Shown here: positions 12,691 to 26,600 of the stretch, in pieces
How the letters are laid out: every line of letters starts with the position of its first letter
Numbering within the stretch: the stretch's first letter is position 1
Source of the DNA: Vicugna vicugna
Taxonomy: Eukaryota
DNA: 64,000 bases
Reading direction: 5' to 3'
NCBI GenBank assembly: GCA_013265495.1
Contig: MU058879.1
Location: forward strand, 5,632,468-5,696,467
Made by a program: the position numbers and the translations under genes
Notes under the pieces: model-generated
Seen by the model: the letters and a program-made list of their open reading frames with translations, nothing else
What the model was told of the DNA's origin: nothing
Database searches by the model: none

Positions 12691-15295
12691 AAAAATTGAA
12701 TTTAATTCTAATTTAAATCTTCCAAATAATACTGACAACTAGCCTACAAAAGTTTTCACGTTTTGGACTTCTGAGAGAGTTAGGAGCTTCCAGAGGAAAA
12801 GAACGCTGTCTTGTCCTTCAGAGTATCTCCTGCATCTGGTGCACACAATGCACTGCATGTGGAATTTTGTCACCAAATAGACAATACATATGGAAATATT
12901 TGAAAAAATTAAAAGAAACAGTTCCTTATGGGATGCATATTTATCACAACGTGCTTGTATTATGGCAGTAAAACAAGTATTTGAGGGCAGAATCAAAAGA
13001 GGAATAGGACTGAGTCATTTACATTACTGGCTTACTGCCACTTTAGACTTTTACATCTTTTTAGTAATTCTCTTACATTGTAACTACAGAGATTTATCTC
13101 CAGTTATGAATAGGAAAACCACTCCTACTATAGTCAGTACTGGACTCCGCAAGTAGTTTCAGGGTTAAATTCCCTGCGTCTGGAGATCCCTTAAGCGCTT
13201 GCTTTCTTTCCAAAACCAGTCTTAACATTGGTTCTTTTTCCCTTACTGAGAAAGGACAAGTAAAGTGGCTAATATTTTTTTAAGAGAAAATAAATGTTTC
13301 ACAGGAAGAAAAAATAAAAATCCTGAAAACATATCTCACAATAAAGCAGTGGGAAGATTCATTTTTTTATAACATAATTTTAAGAGGAAAACAATCTTTT
13401 ACGATCCTTATAAATAGGTTAGTGAGATATTCCTTCCACACTGATGTCCATTAAAAAACATAAAAATTGTTGTAGAGAAATAGACTAATGATCCTCTTGA
13501 GGAGGTATAAAACCACCATAATGCACTTGATGGTGTGATAGTCTGGGGCATCAAGAAAGGATAATTCCTTCATTTCCCCTCTCAGAGCATGGTTTATGCA
13601 GGAAGCATTAGAATTTTAAATCTTCAGAGCATTCAACCAGACGCCAGTTATGGCCATATGTTTCCACCTTCAATGACGCCCTCTGGCACCAGTTTCCAAA
13701 ATCAAAATTTGTTTTATTCAAAATATGTTGCCAATTCGGAGGCATTAACACACTGCTCTCTCTTCACTCAGCACACAAACATCACTGGGTCTGAGAGTTT
13801 AACCTTGTCATGTGAGCTGCACTGCCATAAATAGAATGTAGAGTCTGCCATGTTCTTTTCTAAAAGACTATTTTAAAAGATTTAGTTTTATATTAAAATA
13901 GCCCATCCTAAAAGACACATCAAAAGGTACTACAGCATATGAAAGATTTTCCATAAAAGCATATTTTTTTAAATATATATTTTATTATGTATACATATAA
14001 AATATTCTATAAGAATATCACTCTGCTTAGCTCAATAAACTTCATATGTGAATAAGTCTTGCAGAGTATTTTGGTTACCTCTCTAACAGTAGACTTGTCA
14101 CCTAATATTTATTGGAAATAGTGGAAGAAACCTTGAAACTGCTTGCTTATCACACATACCAGTTTTCCCATATCATCGTGGCTGACACTGGATAAGGACT
14201 GGAAATGGAATACAAAGTTCTCCCAAAGGAAGAAGACAGAAGACTTACAATGGGGTCAGATAAAGAATTGATGCCTTTAAACAATATGACTTTTTACTAC
14301 AGCTATACAGAAACAGACATAATGCAAATAAATTTAATAGGATCATAAAGATAAGTTAATTGTGTTTTTGTGGTAGGATTATTGGAATATGATTTTTAAT
14401 GCTTTAAAATAATCACTTATAAAGGACCCTAAAGAATAAGTTGATCAATAAGGGTAGTAGAAATGAAATACTGAAAATGTAAGTGAATATTCAAAAGTTT
14501 AAACATCTACAAATAAAAGTTATTTTCCTTAGCACTTTAAAATAACCAAATGGTATTTTTTTTCTCCATAAAAATCCATCTAAAATCAAATGCGTATCAC
14601 CTAGGAATCTCACCGAGCTCACCTCTTCTTTTGAAAACTGCCAGATGCACTTTAAATAGCTGAGGTCTTGATGCTGCAGTCAAGTTTATAATTTGCAACA
14701 ACACATTTCTCCTTATTACTTACAGGAAAATCACTTCCACAATGACTCCCTGATGCTTTTCCCTGTAATCACCATTTCTGCAGCATTTAGGTACAAGATG
14801 CATGGTGTCCTCTCTTCGGATGCCAACAGAATGACAATGAGCCAACAACAGGAGCAAATAGAGTCCCAGTCAGAGGCTGTGTGACTGCCCCAGTGACCAC
14901 AGAGAAAATGCTGAGGGCATCCTTCCCAAGTGGACACAAGAGGACTTGCAGACAGCAGAGAAAGTTACCAAGCAAATGTAGCTCATCAAGAATACAGGAG
15001 TACATTGAGAAGGAATTATAAACTTGGGAATTCACTGGCTGTAGACTTCAGATACCTTGCCTCTGGGGTTTTCATCAAGCAGAGCAAAACCTGTATTAGT
15101 CATTGAGATTCCTGTAGAATGAGGGAGGAAATATTTTGCCATTTTTTCATTTTCTGATGTTACCTGAACTCTGTCACACACTTTAATGTTTTAAGGAAAA
15201 AAGGAGTACCCTGGACAGTCTACTGAGATTGAATTCACAGTTGGCAAAATGTCAGGTTTTTTAACACTTTAAAATACTCTACCCTTTGGACACTT

Positions 15296-15801
15296 TGCTG
15301 GTTAATTNNNNNNNNNNNNNNNNNNNNNNNNNNNNNNNNNNNNNNNNNNNNNNNNNNNNNNNNNNNNNNNNNNNNNNNNNNNNNNNNNNNNNNNNNNNNN
15401 NNNNNNNNNNNNNNNNNNNNNNNNNNNNNNNNNNNNNNNNNNNNNNNNNNNNNNNNNNNNNNNNNNNNNNNNNNNNNNNNNNNNNNAAGGTGCACCTCCT
15501 CTTGAGGAACAAAGTTCTTCCTGCCTGGCAAGTCTTGAACTAGAACATTAGCTTTTTTCCTTGCCTTCAGACTCAAACTGAAACATCAGCATTTCCTGGG
15601 TCTCAAGCCTACAGCCTTTGGACTGGAACTACACCACTGGCCCTCGTGCATCTCTAGCTTGCCAACTGTAGTTCTTGGGACTTGGCAGCCTCTGTTAATG
15701 TGTGAGCCAGTTCCTTATAATAAATCAATAAATAAACACATAAATAAATAAACCTATTTATCTGTCTTATCAGTTCTGTTTCTCTGGAGAAACCTAACAC
15801 A
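15296..15801 (+). mobile_element. MLT2 (ERVL) solo LTR, interrupted by the gap at 15308-15486
   Basis: Starts tgctggttaatt; after the gap cagactcaaactgaaacatcagc...ggactggaactacaccactggcc...gtgtgagccagttccttataataaatc...gttctgtttctctggagaaacctaacaca. Confidence 0.75.
15308..15486. other. assembly gap (179 N)
   Basis: Run of N. Confidence 1.
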
Positions 15802-18720
15802 GACACCTTTGCGTAGGAAAGGGATTTGGCTCTCCTAATTTTATATATTTTGGGGACAGTGTCTGAATGTACAACGGGAATGTTGTTTAACTGAGTTGGC
15901 CAGTTTAGAAAAACACGATCAACTGCTCAGCTTTGTTGAATGAAGTGACCAGTTCAAAGGCTCAGAGAAAAGGCCAGAAGATATTTTCTATTTTACAAAC
16001 TCTTGTAGAGATTATAACACAAATTGATTTCTCAATTTATACTTAGCCAGTAATATTCATTTCTGAGCTTCTTATTCTCTTGAATTGCCTGTAAATCAGC
16101 AGCTTAGACAGTAGCATCGCTGAGAAAAGTGGATGCCTTTGAAGAAGAGGAATTAAGCCAGTCAAGAATCACAAGAAGAAGTAATTCTGCCTGGATTAAC
16201 ATGTGTCATTCCCACCATACAGATATCTCTTCAAGATGATCGCAAGTCACAGGTTCTAAATAAGACTGGTTATTCTCCTGGATCCCTTGACCAGGCTCAT
16301 GGAATCCTAAGTTAGGCTCAACTTTACAGTAAATTCCATAAGCATAACATCCTTTCAGATTAGACGTGTGCACCTGAAAAGCGGGGAGGGGACTGATCTG
16401 AAATATACACACAGTGCTTAAACTTCAGTATGAAAAAGGTCTATTTATCAAAAGTTTCATGTAGGAAATTTTGAAGATTAAAAAAAAAAAACTAAACCTA
16501 CTGGGGAATAAGAAGCAGTTAGAAAAAACTGCAGTCGAACTTTGTAGCCCTAATATTTGGACGGAGACCATTCCCAATAGCTGAAGTGCACGTCAAAAAT
16601 ATTATGCTCTAAATAAAGGGACCATGAATGAAAGGCCATCTTTAGGTATCTGAAGCATCCCATACAGTGGATCTGGCAGAATATCAGAGGCAGGAATGCC
16701 TTGACACATAATCTGTTAGTTGTTCTCAGAAGGATCTTTGTTCGGCAGTTGGATGGATTTCACTGATTGCTGGCCCCTGAGGATGTCAATCGTGCCACAC
16801 AGACAAAGAACACACAGCCCAGCAGACACAGGAAAGACTAAGGGCAGACGTCTTGATGGCTTAGTGCTCCAGCCTGAACAGAAGAAAATCTTTGCTGATT
16901 CTAATAAACATAGCTTTAGTTGTAATAATTAAATCATCCTATGGTTGTAACTTCCTTTGAGAGCTTTTCTTCAAGTTTCCATAACAACTTGATACAGGTT
17001 GTTAATGAAATTATAACATCCTCTGAATTTATGATCTCAGAATTTTTTCGTATCTTGGCTCAGCAATAATCAACTGCAAATAATACTAATTATAATAGTA
17101 ATATTAATTAAGTTTCATAATTAGCCTCCTTTACCAGTTCAGTTCCAGAGCTGTATCAGTTCCTAGGTGACCTATGTAATTTAAAGAGGCAAACTTGGCT
17201 GCTAAAAACTTTACAAGCCTTATAAGGGAAATTCAGTGTTTCTGTTGCTCTCGTGTTTATTTTTTCATTGTAAAATAATAATAAAAGTATTTGATTTATT
17301 TTTACTTTCTGTAGTTTTTGCCAATTAGTGTAAGCCTAAAAATGTTTCAAAATAAATTCAAGATAAAAAATAATCTACCATGTCAGGAGTCAGACACTCC
17401 AAGGAAGACTTCAGTGCAAAGCAGTTCTTCCTTATATGGCCGTATTCGTGTTGGAGCATCTCAGAAGCTCCTCTCCAAAGTGGCCAATTAGGGACGAGTG
17501 GGAAACTCAGTCATGAGACTGGTGAAGTGTGTTGATTGAATGGACTGGAGAAAGCTAGGAACTGAATTGAGACAGGCCTGCTAATTTCACTCAGACCACC
17601 TGCCTGGTTCGGATACAAGCCAGTGACCTAAACAGGACGGGCCATTACCAGCCCTCTGCTGGCATCCTGAAATGACGACGTAGGAGACAAGTTTGGAAAT
17701 GACGAGATTTGCAAATGGCAGAACAGCAGAGGAGTAATGACTTTTCATGAGCATTCTGAGACACCTCATGCACACACATACATTAAGTCACCAGGAGCTA
17801 TGCTGCATGAATTAACCAGGACTATTCACCCAAAAGAAAACTTTTCCCCAATAAGTTGTGACATGCGATGCTATGCGTTATCAAAAAAAAAAAATCTCTA
17901 AATAGTACTTTTCATCACATTTCTCCAGGCAACAGTATGAATTTTTTTCAACACAATTATTTCTTAGTTTGCTCTTTTTCTGTCAAGCATGCAACTGCTT
18001 TTCCTTTCTTCTGAAGTCGTTCATATTATGATGAGTGAAAGGAGAGAAATAAAAAGAGCTATGATCATGTCAACTACAACTGAACAAATACATTTATTAA
18101 GAAGAACTCCCACCAGAAATCTTAGAAGCCTCACGAAGTCTCGTTCTTTTTCATATACTATTATGAACTGAAACGTCCCTTTGTTTTATTTTAAATTATT
18201 GTCATTGTCCCCTGTGCATATATCAGCCAGTGATTTACACTGTGTCAGATAACAGCCATAATAGCTCTAATAGTGAAGGAAATCAGAGGTCATATGTAGA
18301 ATGCACGTTTTTTTGCCTATGACAATAAGTTGGACTAAATATCATAAAGGCTAAATATCATAAAGCAACACATATATCCATTTGTGAGTAAAAGCATGTG
18401 TGGAAGGCACTCTAGGATCTGCAGAGAAGGCTCTGGAGGTGGAGAGGAGCAAGCAAAGGTGCTGGTTTCCTCAAACATGGTCCTCTTCCCCAATGCTTTC
18501 AGCTTCATCCTTTATGATAATTCCTCCCAAGTTCCATCCCAAAGAGCATCACGCTGCACCCTTCCCTTCCTCTGGTTCCAACCAAAACCCTAGAACCCAG
18601 GCCCCTAATTTTAATATGCATATCACTTCACACAGTTGATGAACGTAACACACCATGGGGAAAACAGCAGGGAGGGGCTAAATGGAAAACTCATTTGTTC
18701 GTTTTCCCACTTGGAGATTG

Positions 18721-19005
18721 NNNNNNNNNNNNNNNNNNNNNNNNNNNNNNNNNNNNNNNNNNNNNNNNNNNNNNNNNNNNNNNNNNNNNNNNNNNNNNNN
18801 NNNNNNNNNNNNNNNNNNNNNNNNNNNNNNNNNNNNNNNNNNNNNNNNNNNNNNNNNNNNNNNNNNNNNNNNNNNNNNNNNNNNNNNNNNNNNNNNNNNN
18901 NNNNNNNNNNNNNNNNNNNNNNNNNNNNNNNNNNNNNNNNNNNNNNNNNNNNNNNNNNNNNNNNNNNNNNNNNNNNNNNNNNNNNNNNNNNNNNNNNNNN
19001 NNNNN
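18721..19005. other. assembly gap (285 N)
   Basis: Run of N. Confidence 1.
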
Positions 19006-20801
19006 AAATATATCACAAAAAAAAAATGTAGAATGAAGAAGATTTGAAGTTAACAAGCCCCATAATGTCACCAGCTCCAGTGCCCGGTGGCAGCGGACGC
19101 TCTTAGGCACTGAGAACTGCCTTTTCCTTCTAGTGGGAGCTCAGCCCCAGCACTTTTCTTCGAATCACTTCACTGACACAAGGAAAATGGAAAATGAGAG
19201 AAGGAAAGGTAATTTACCATTAAGCACAGAAAGTCACAAGGACAGAGAAGAGACTTGGAACAGGGCTCCCTAATGTCCCCTTTTCTGTGATGGGCCCGGC
19301 GGAGCAGCCAGCCAGTCCCAGGCATGTCACTGTGACCCTCTGTGCTCTGCAGTGACCTCAGCTCCATCTTATGGGCACTCCCTCCCTACTCACTAGGAGC
19401 TGAAGCAACACCAAAGGTTAGGATTTTCCATCTTCAGGCTCCAAGTGTCTGAAGCCACTTCCTGGCAGAGATCTGAAATCTTGAATTAGCCCTCTCAGTT
19501 AAAGACATTTTTATTTCCCAGTGCTTTTTCACGATGTTTGACCGTGCCCTCTCTGAGTCACAAGAGGGGAAGGACTATTTCAGAAGTGGGACAGGACCGT
19601 GGGAGAGGCAAATAGCAACCCAGTAAAAGCACAGCCCAGAGAAAAGACTATTCGCTTCTTAAATTATGTGTTTCCAACATCGTCCTGTTTGGCCCACCAT
19701 AGGCTTTTTCTGCAATTCACATCTTCCAAGAAGTGTCAGCTCTGTAGAAATCCGCAAATTTGCCAGGCCACTAGCGAAAACTGATGATCCAGAGAAGAGA
19801 AAAAGCAGATCACTCAACTCTTTTGTCCTCATCTGTCATGCAGGTCACAGTTCCAGAGACAGATAAGATTGCGTACGAAAGCCACAAAGGGACCACGGCT
19901 TCTATGAAAACCACCCCTTTACAAATCAAAATTCTCAGCTTCCCTCCTGAGACAAGAAGCAGTGGCCTGAAGCAAATGTCAAGAGGGCTACCAGGAGATC
20001 CCCAGAGATGAGAAACCGCTAAAGAGCACAGAGGAAGACATTTATCACAAGAGAAATTTGAGAGAGTCTTCATCCTCGCTGCTGGCTGGAAGCTACAGAA
20101 ACCATTTCGGAGAGAGCTCAGAATCGTTCACAAATCTGTGTGGAGCAGAAAGAGGATTGAGGAAGGCATGTTGCCCCCAGGAAACACACACTATCAGGAT
20201 TCCACCAGAAAACCAGAGAGACGGCAATGTGACTTAGCAGGTGATGCTCTGTCTAGCCGAGTGGCCAAGACATTTGTAAATATGAACCATGAACCTAGTA
20301 CCAAGGATCGCGGGAGAAATGCTGATCCATGGTCATGAACGTTCCTAGCCCCATACTTCCTCATTTCCCCCTTGATCTCCTTTAAACCACATCTCTATAA
20401 GCTGCATTTCCTGAATATATCAAACGTTGACTTATTAAAAATTGTCTGCAACGCAAAATAGCTCCTTAAGCATTTTCCCCAGTGACTTTAATTGTGTTTG
20501 TTCTGGGCTCATAAACGGGGAACTTGAAGCATTTGAAAAACACACACAAGTGTAATATCCAAATGTTTTGGTTTTTCTAAGCTCAATGCACTTTAATTGG
20601 CTCTTCCATTTAAAAATTATAATTAAAATGAATACACTCACCTATGGAGAAATTTCTCATTTCTTTATTTACCTTAAATCTTTCATGCAGGAAACTGTTA
20701 ATGTTCTTTTTTGTTTTGTTTTGTACTGAATAGAAATAAGATATGAAACAATTCTCTAATTAGAACTACATGGGATGTATGCCTTACAAGTTTGATTTTC
20801 T

Positions 20802-20953
20802 NNNNNNNNNNNNNNNNNNNNNNNNNNNNNNNNNNNNNNNNNNNNNNNNNNNNNNNNNNNNNNNNNNNNNNNNNNNNNNNNNNNNNNNNNNNNNNNNNNN
20901 NNNNNNNNNNNNNNNNNNNNNNNNNNNNNNNNNNNNNNNNNNNNNNNNNNNNN
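20802..20953. other. assembly gap (152 N)
   Basis: Run of N. Confidence 1.
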
Positions 20954-21659
20954 TCAGTTAAACTGACTTATGACAGCAAATTTCACATCCTTCAAGTAGT
21001 AGAAGATGTGGCCCCTGATATATTATAACTATTTAGGGCAAAAATTTATTCACATCACATTATACTTGGTAAAGTGTCTGAAATACATATAACTATTTGT
21101 TCTGTTTATAACACCATTTGCCTTATAGGTCATATTCTCAAAGATTGTAAGCTTTTCAATATCACAGTATTTGATTTTCCAATCTCTGTAACAATGCTGT
21201 GATCATTTGGCTTCAACAAATCCTTCTTAGGTAATACAATGCTTTTTAAATGATATAAATGTTCACTATAAAACAAATAGGATAAGCAAATCTATTTATC
21301 ATATATTGTCTCTCCCCAACAACACAGGCTATTTCAAACCCACCAAAAATAAAAACAAAAAACAAATAACAACAACAAAAAAACTTTTGTTCTTTGCTAG
21401 ATTCCAAAGATCACACTGGCCAATGGCCAATAGAAGAACAAAAATCCCGTTTCTGACAACTATACTGTTGTGCAAATCAGAAATATTGTCCCAGCTCTTT
21501 AACTCTGGTCCAGACAATCTCATGCACTTTTGCTCAATATGACCAGTGACCCTGGAGACAACGGTCCAAAACTGAATGCTTTGGTTTCTATCATTAAACT
21601 GTTTCTTCTCCCACATTTCCCCTTTTGGTGAAAAGGACAAATCATTTTCTAACACCACA

Positions 21660-22510
21660 TGGACTTTTTTGGACGTTTTAAGTTGAAGTACTATTAGGCT
21701 GGCATTTGGATGTATCAGACAACCATTTGGATATAAGTCTGAGCGTCCAGGCTGGAGAAATAACTCAGGGAATCACTAATATAGCGGTGGGATTTAAGTC
21801 CATGAAATTGAGCGGTGGATACAGATGGAAGAGAGAAAAAGTGTGGGAAGTGAGCCACAGAGTGAGAACCCCACAGTCTAGAGGAGAGGAGAGGAGAGGA
21901 AGCCGTCAGAGGACTTGAGAAGGAGCAGGCAGGGAGGTGGGCGGGGACCCTGGCTAGTGAGGGATCCTGCAGTTCAAGCGAAGCAGGTATTTCAAGGAGC
22001 GTGATCCACTGTCACCTGCTACTGCTAGGTCAGGTTTAGATAGTTAACCACCGACTTCATCAACACTGTGATTATCGGTGAACTTGATGAGAGCTGCTTC
22101 AATGAGTGCTGAGGGTGAAAACGTGATTGAAGTGGCTCTACAAGTGGAGTGACAGAGACGAAAAGGACAGATTGTAAGAGCTCTCCAATAAAGGGGCACG
22201 GATAATTGGAGAGGGGCGCTGGGTCAGAGCAATTTTTTCATGTAGGAGAAAAAAAAACACAATATGCTTATGTATCAGTGGAATGGACCATTAGGAAATG
22301 AAAATTTGGTTTTTGCAGTAGAGCACAGAGATAATGGCTGTGTGATTCCCTGGAGTGGGTAAGAGAGGATGGAATCCAGCTGACAAGTCGGGGAGACAAG
22401 CAGGGGGAGTTCCTCAGCAGCGCCCGGGAGGAGGGCAGAGTTCATGAGGTGGATAGATGTGGTGGTGGCAGCAGATGGAACTTTCTCATCTGATGGTTTA
22501 TGTTGTGTTA
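21660..22510 (-). mobile_element. L2 LINE fragment
   Basis: Purine-rich reverse L2 body: atttggatataagtctgag...gatttaagtccatgaaattgag...gtatttcaaggagcgtgatccactgtc...gaacttgatgagagctgcttcaatgagtg...ttctcatctgatgg. Confidence 0.65.
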
Positions 22511-22519
22511 TCACTCAGG

Positions 22520-22795
22520 TCTCAGAGCAGCTGCCACCACTCAAAGAGCCTTCCTTGACCACTCAATCTAAGTACCTCCTTCACAGGGTCCTATACAACC
22601 CTATTTTACTATCTTTATAGCACCAATGGCTCTTAAAAAAAATTGTTGTATTATTTGTTTACTCGATTGTGTCTACATTTCCCAATATAGAGCATAGACC
22701 TTACTTCTCCTCTCTACTGCTGGGTCGTTAATCCCCGTAACTGAAAAGCACGGAATACGAATACACAATTGTGAAATGAATGAGTCAATGAACGC
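22520..22795 (+). mobile_element. L2 LINE 3' end
   Basis: agagccttccttgaccactcaatctaag...ctttatagcacc...ttatttgtttactcgattgtgtct... ending tgaaatgaatgagtcaatgaa. Confidence 0.6.
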
Positions 22796-25529
22796 TTCAG
22801 AAACAAGCATTTCCAAGAATCCAAATGCTTTCAAATGTGATATTGCCTGTCTCAAGTATTTTTCTAGAGTTATTCCTACAGGTAGCAAGGTCTGTGGATG
22901 GTTGTGCCTGTGCCACTCATTCTACTGAAAATACACGCCTCTGAGGCTTTTGAGACAGTGCCTTAGAGCGCTCTCTGGCATGTTGCAGGCTGCAGACTAA
23001 GAGCATCACAAAACAAGAGCCAGTGTCTCCAACAAGAAATCAGGCCAGTCTCACTGAGGCACTGCCCTTGGCGTACACAGGAGGGTACAGAGAAGGAAAA
23101 GATTGATCCGAAAAATAGAGAAAAGCCCTGGAACTGAAAAGCATTAAGTAAGAGAAAATTATCCTTGAATATTTGTCTAGCACTTGATATTTGCTTCCCA
23201 TCATTTTTATTAGTACTCCACCAAGGCACTCCAGAGGTCAGTTAATGTTTTGGACTCATTTTTACAGAGCCATAAACTGAAATGCTGAGAGATTAGGTGC
23301 TCCACACAAAGGAATTTATCTGCAGCTGCAGAAAAGGCTACCTGCTCTTCCCAGCCCGCCTAAGCCTATCACCCCTCTAAGAGCCACGGACTGAGAGAGT
23401 CAATGGTCAGATGGTTGCTAACAGCAGTAGTTGACCACTATGTATTTTTTTTAATCTCTGATACTGATTTTACTTCTCTGGACTGACTTGCATTAACCTG
23501 AATTGAGAATATTTATGCAGAAGAAATAGTTGCATCCATGAATACCAAGTTCAAATCCTGATAGGGGTGTTTATGCCTTGGTTGAATTATGCCCAAAAGC
23601 AATTAGACATTACCCAGTGGCTCAGAGTTTAACCTGCCATTTATGCCAGTTAGACAGAGGGAAGCCATGAAATTATCTATGGCTAGGCACCTTGGAAAAT
23701 TTCCCAGGCTATCTTTCAAAGGTTAACTGAGATTGCTGGTCATCCTTGCCAAAAAGAAAGAAAAGAGGGAGAGAAAGGAGGAAACTGAGACATGGGGATA
23801 CAGATATCCTGGTGGGGGGGAGGGAGAGGGAAGTTTAGTAGAACACCAGAGGGGTTTGATAAAAGAAAAAAAAACACGAGATGCAATCTAAGAGTTTGTC
23901 ATTTTCCTTTAGTTTTTTGTTGTTGTTTTGTTTTAATGTTTAGTAGTGAAAGAGGCTTTGTTTTAAAAAGTTGATCATTATTCTTCCAAAATTGTGTCCC
24001 CAAATGAGAAACAACATTCCACTCTCCTCTAAGCCTCCAGTAAAGGAGAATTTCACACCCCAGTTCCAAACCACACACTTGAATAATAATATCCTGCCCG
24101 AGGTGAAGAATGACTTCTATCACCTGCCTCCATGCTCACCACACAAAGACTTTTGCAATGAATAGAGTATAAAGAGATATTGTTTGATTGTATCCGCCCT
24201 GCCCCCCATGAGGTAAACGTTAGTTAGCTAAGGGGGAAAATAGAAGATCAATTTACAAAACTCACAAATATGTGAGAATAATCCAGGTTTGTTCATTCTT
24301 CTGTACTTTCTTCCTCCCTCCCTTCCTTCTTTCCGTTTCTTTTTTATCAATCTTAATGGTATTTGCTGCCAATCTGAGAGCTTCTACAACAATCAGATTG
24401 TGCCTGGCTGTTAATAAGTGTCATCCTTAATGTGATATACAGAAGAAAGTGGTCCCTATCAATGTAATGGTATTTTTCCAGATTTGGTCCCTTCTGTTGC
24501 TCTGTCTTAACTGCTTTCCCTTGACCATGAAACCTGCTTCACTTCTGGGATTCTATCCTAAATATCATCCAAAGTTTAGAAAAAAAAAGTTGTGGACAAA
24601 GAGCTATATCTATTAAGCACAAAATTTTCAAATGATAATAATAAGAGAAATCTTCCAAATTAAAGGCATTAAGTAAATTCTAATTTATTTTGTTTGAAAT
24701 AACATAAAGATATTTAAATTTAATTACAAAGAACAGTCAGTACATATAGGAATGCTTTGAATATTCAATGTTACATGAAAGGAATAGGAAGCTAAATGGC
24801 ATAGCTATATGGTTATAATTATATAGAAAGCAAAAATGAGCAGAAGGTAAAAAAATACAGAATGTGGAAATACAATTAAATGTTAAGAGATTAGTTTTCT
24901 TCTATTTTTCTATATTCCAAATTTCCTATAAAGTTAAAATAAGTTGTAATTTAATTTTCTTAGCTTAAACGAGATGTGTAATGTAAAAAGACCCCTGTTT
25001 ACTGCAATTGTTCCCTTTTCTTTTTAAATATTTCTTGCATCTTGGAATAGATGTTTGTGGGCAAAAAATATTTTTGGATTAGGCCAAGTTTCTGTTCTCT
25101 GAGCCAGTTGATAAGGGCAGGGATTTAGAAGGAGAAAAAGTTATATAATCAGAATTTTATTAAAACTGTCTGGGATTTGTAGGCCATTTCTTTGAAACTC
25201 CACATTTTATAATGAAGAAACCAGGAAGGAAAAAGCTAGAAAAATATAACCAGCACATCCACGTGGGTGGATCCAATCCACGTGTTGTAAGTTTAATGAA
25301 ATTTTTGTAGTCATAATTATGTCAGAGGGCTCTGAAGATGGCTAGCAGAAGATGTAGGTAGTAGAACACTGCTGTCTTTCTGACTCAGTCTCCCTGGCCC
25401 TACTCTTTTCTAGTGACTTCCTGCTCTTTGCATCAAAAAAGCCTGTTTCTCTGCCCAGTCTGCGGGGCAACATTTACAAATCCTAGAGATAGTGCCGAAG
25501 ACGTTTATTAGCACTGCCTAAGTTCTAGG

Positions 25530-25934
25530 ATCAGTGTGTGTCCTCAGTGGTGCGGCAGCCCCTCCGAGCTGAGGCCCCCAGCACCCCAGCTCCTGGGCAC
25601 GGGCACGGCTGACGGCCCAGCCCGAGCTCCTTTCTATGAGTCACCTATGGCCGCAGCTGCCTCACTCAAGCTGCTTCCCCCTTGGGGTTGGCCGTCTGTA
25701 CCCAGTGCCTAGTCAGTAGGGGTATAAAGACCCAATCCTCTTGCCTTGACTTGGGACAACTCTGAAGGCCATGCCAGCTCCACAGCCCCGAATGGCATCA
25801 GCTGGGGCTGGGCTGCAAGTGTACTGCCCATCAGCTCCTCCCTGAACCCTCCTTGCTTCCCCCACTCCCCCATAGACCTCTGACAGACAAACCTCCGTCT
25901 CAGAGTCTGTTTTCCAGGGAACCCATCCTAAGAT
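25530..25934 (+). mobile_element. LTR16-family (ERVL) solo LTR
   Basis: ggtataaagacccaatcctcttgccttgacttgggacaactctgaaggccatgccagctcc...ctccgtctcagagtctgttttccagggaacccatcctaagata. Confidence 0.7.
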
Positions 25935-26138
25935 AATGTAACTGTATCATCACATAAGAAGTCTATGACAAAACCTTTGGTTCATTTTGGCTGAAATTGC
26001 ATTGTTTTCAACTTTTTATTGATGATAGAACAAAAACAAGAGCTTGGTTTCAGAGTTATAGACCCTCTCTTTCCAGCAACAAAATTAGGTAGAGGGTTGA
26101 AAACTGTCTATTGAATCGGAGGACTTCAGACAACTTAC

Positions 26139-26213
26139 CTTGCTTAAATACGCCTTCCCTTAATAACAAGAAGCCTTTACACTGGTTAGTTTTCTTCTTT
26201 ATTTCCACTTTCT
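26139..26213 (-). other. candidate 75-nt exon (phase 1-1)
   Basis: Acceptor tatatgcttataacttctacag, donor AAG|gtaagt; only one frame is open (EKVEIKKKTNQCKGFLLLREGVFKQ), no recognised homology. Confidence 0.35.
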
Positions 26214-26269
26214 CTGTAGAAGTTATAAGCATATATGATAAGAAAATTAACCCATGAGTCAACTTTATC

Positions 26270-26390
26270 TTTGCTGGGAGTTGTTATAAATGCAGAATCA
26301 CAGACCCCACCCAAATCTATTGGCCCAGAATCTGCATGTGACCAGGGTTCTTAGATGACACGTATGCACATTGAAGTTTGACAAGCACTG
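26270..26390 (+). mobile_element. MER5A1-type MITE fragment
   Basis: gctgggagttgttataaatgcagaatcacagaccccaccc...cagaatctgcat...gtatgcacattgaagtttgacaagcactg. Confidence 0.7.
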
Positions 26391-26439
26391 AACTGCACCG
26401 CTGTTGTTCAGTCAGGCTGCGTACTGAGACTGGCACTGT

Positions 26440-26600
26440 CAGAGGGAAAACAGATGTTAGATTCAGAAGCAGTCGGTATGGGTCCCAGCTCTGCTTTTGT
26501 GTTACTGAGCATCTTGGGCAAGTAAGTCTTCATTTCCTGGGCATCTCCTTGCTCACTCTGAAAAGTCCTTGTAACAATACGTACCTTAGAGGATCTGGAT
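26440..26600 (+). mobile_element. MIR SINE
   Basis: gggtcccagctctgc...tgtgttactgagcatcttgggcaagtaagtcttcatttcctgggc...gtaacaatacgtaccttagagg. Confidence 0.55.

Noticed and set aside
14693-15035. Exon-looking block with ORFs on both strands
   Set aside because: No frame is recognisable and no consistent acceptor/donor pair; possibly an old repeat.
8153-15486. Two gaps of identical length (179 N)
   Set aside because: Scaffolding size estimates with unrelated flanks; no biological meaning.
17430-17439. CArG box CCTTATATGG
   Set aside because: CC(A/T)6GG is expected several times per 64 kb by chance; no other support.
18335-18365. 16-bp-period tandem duplication (ctaaatatcataaag x2)
   Set aside because: Ordinary slippage duplication.
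23554-23578. Partial resemblance to miR-155 (aatcctgataggggtgtttatgcct)
   Set aside because: The seed (ttaatgct) and the complementary 3' arm are absent; chance match.
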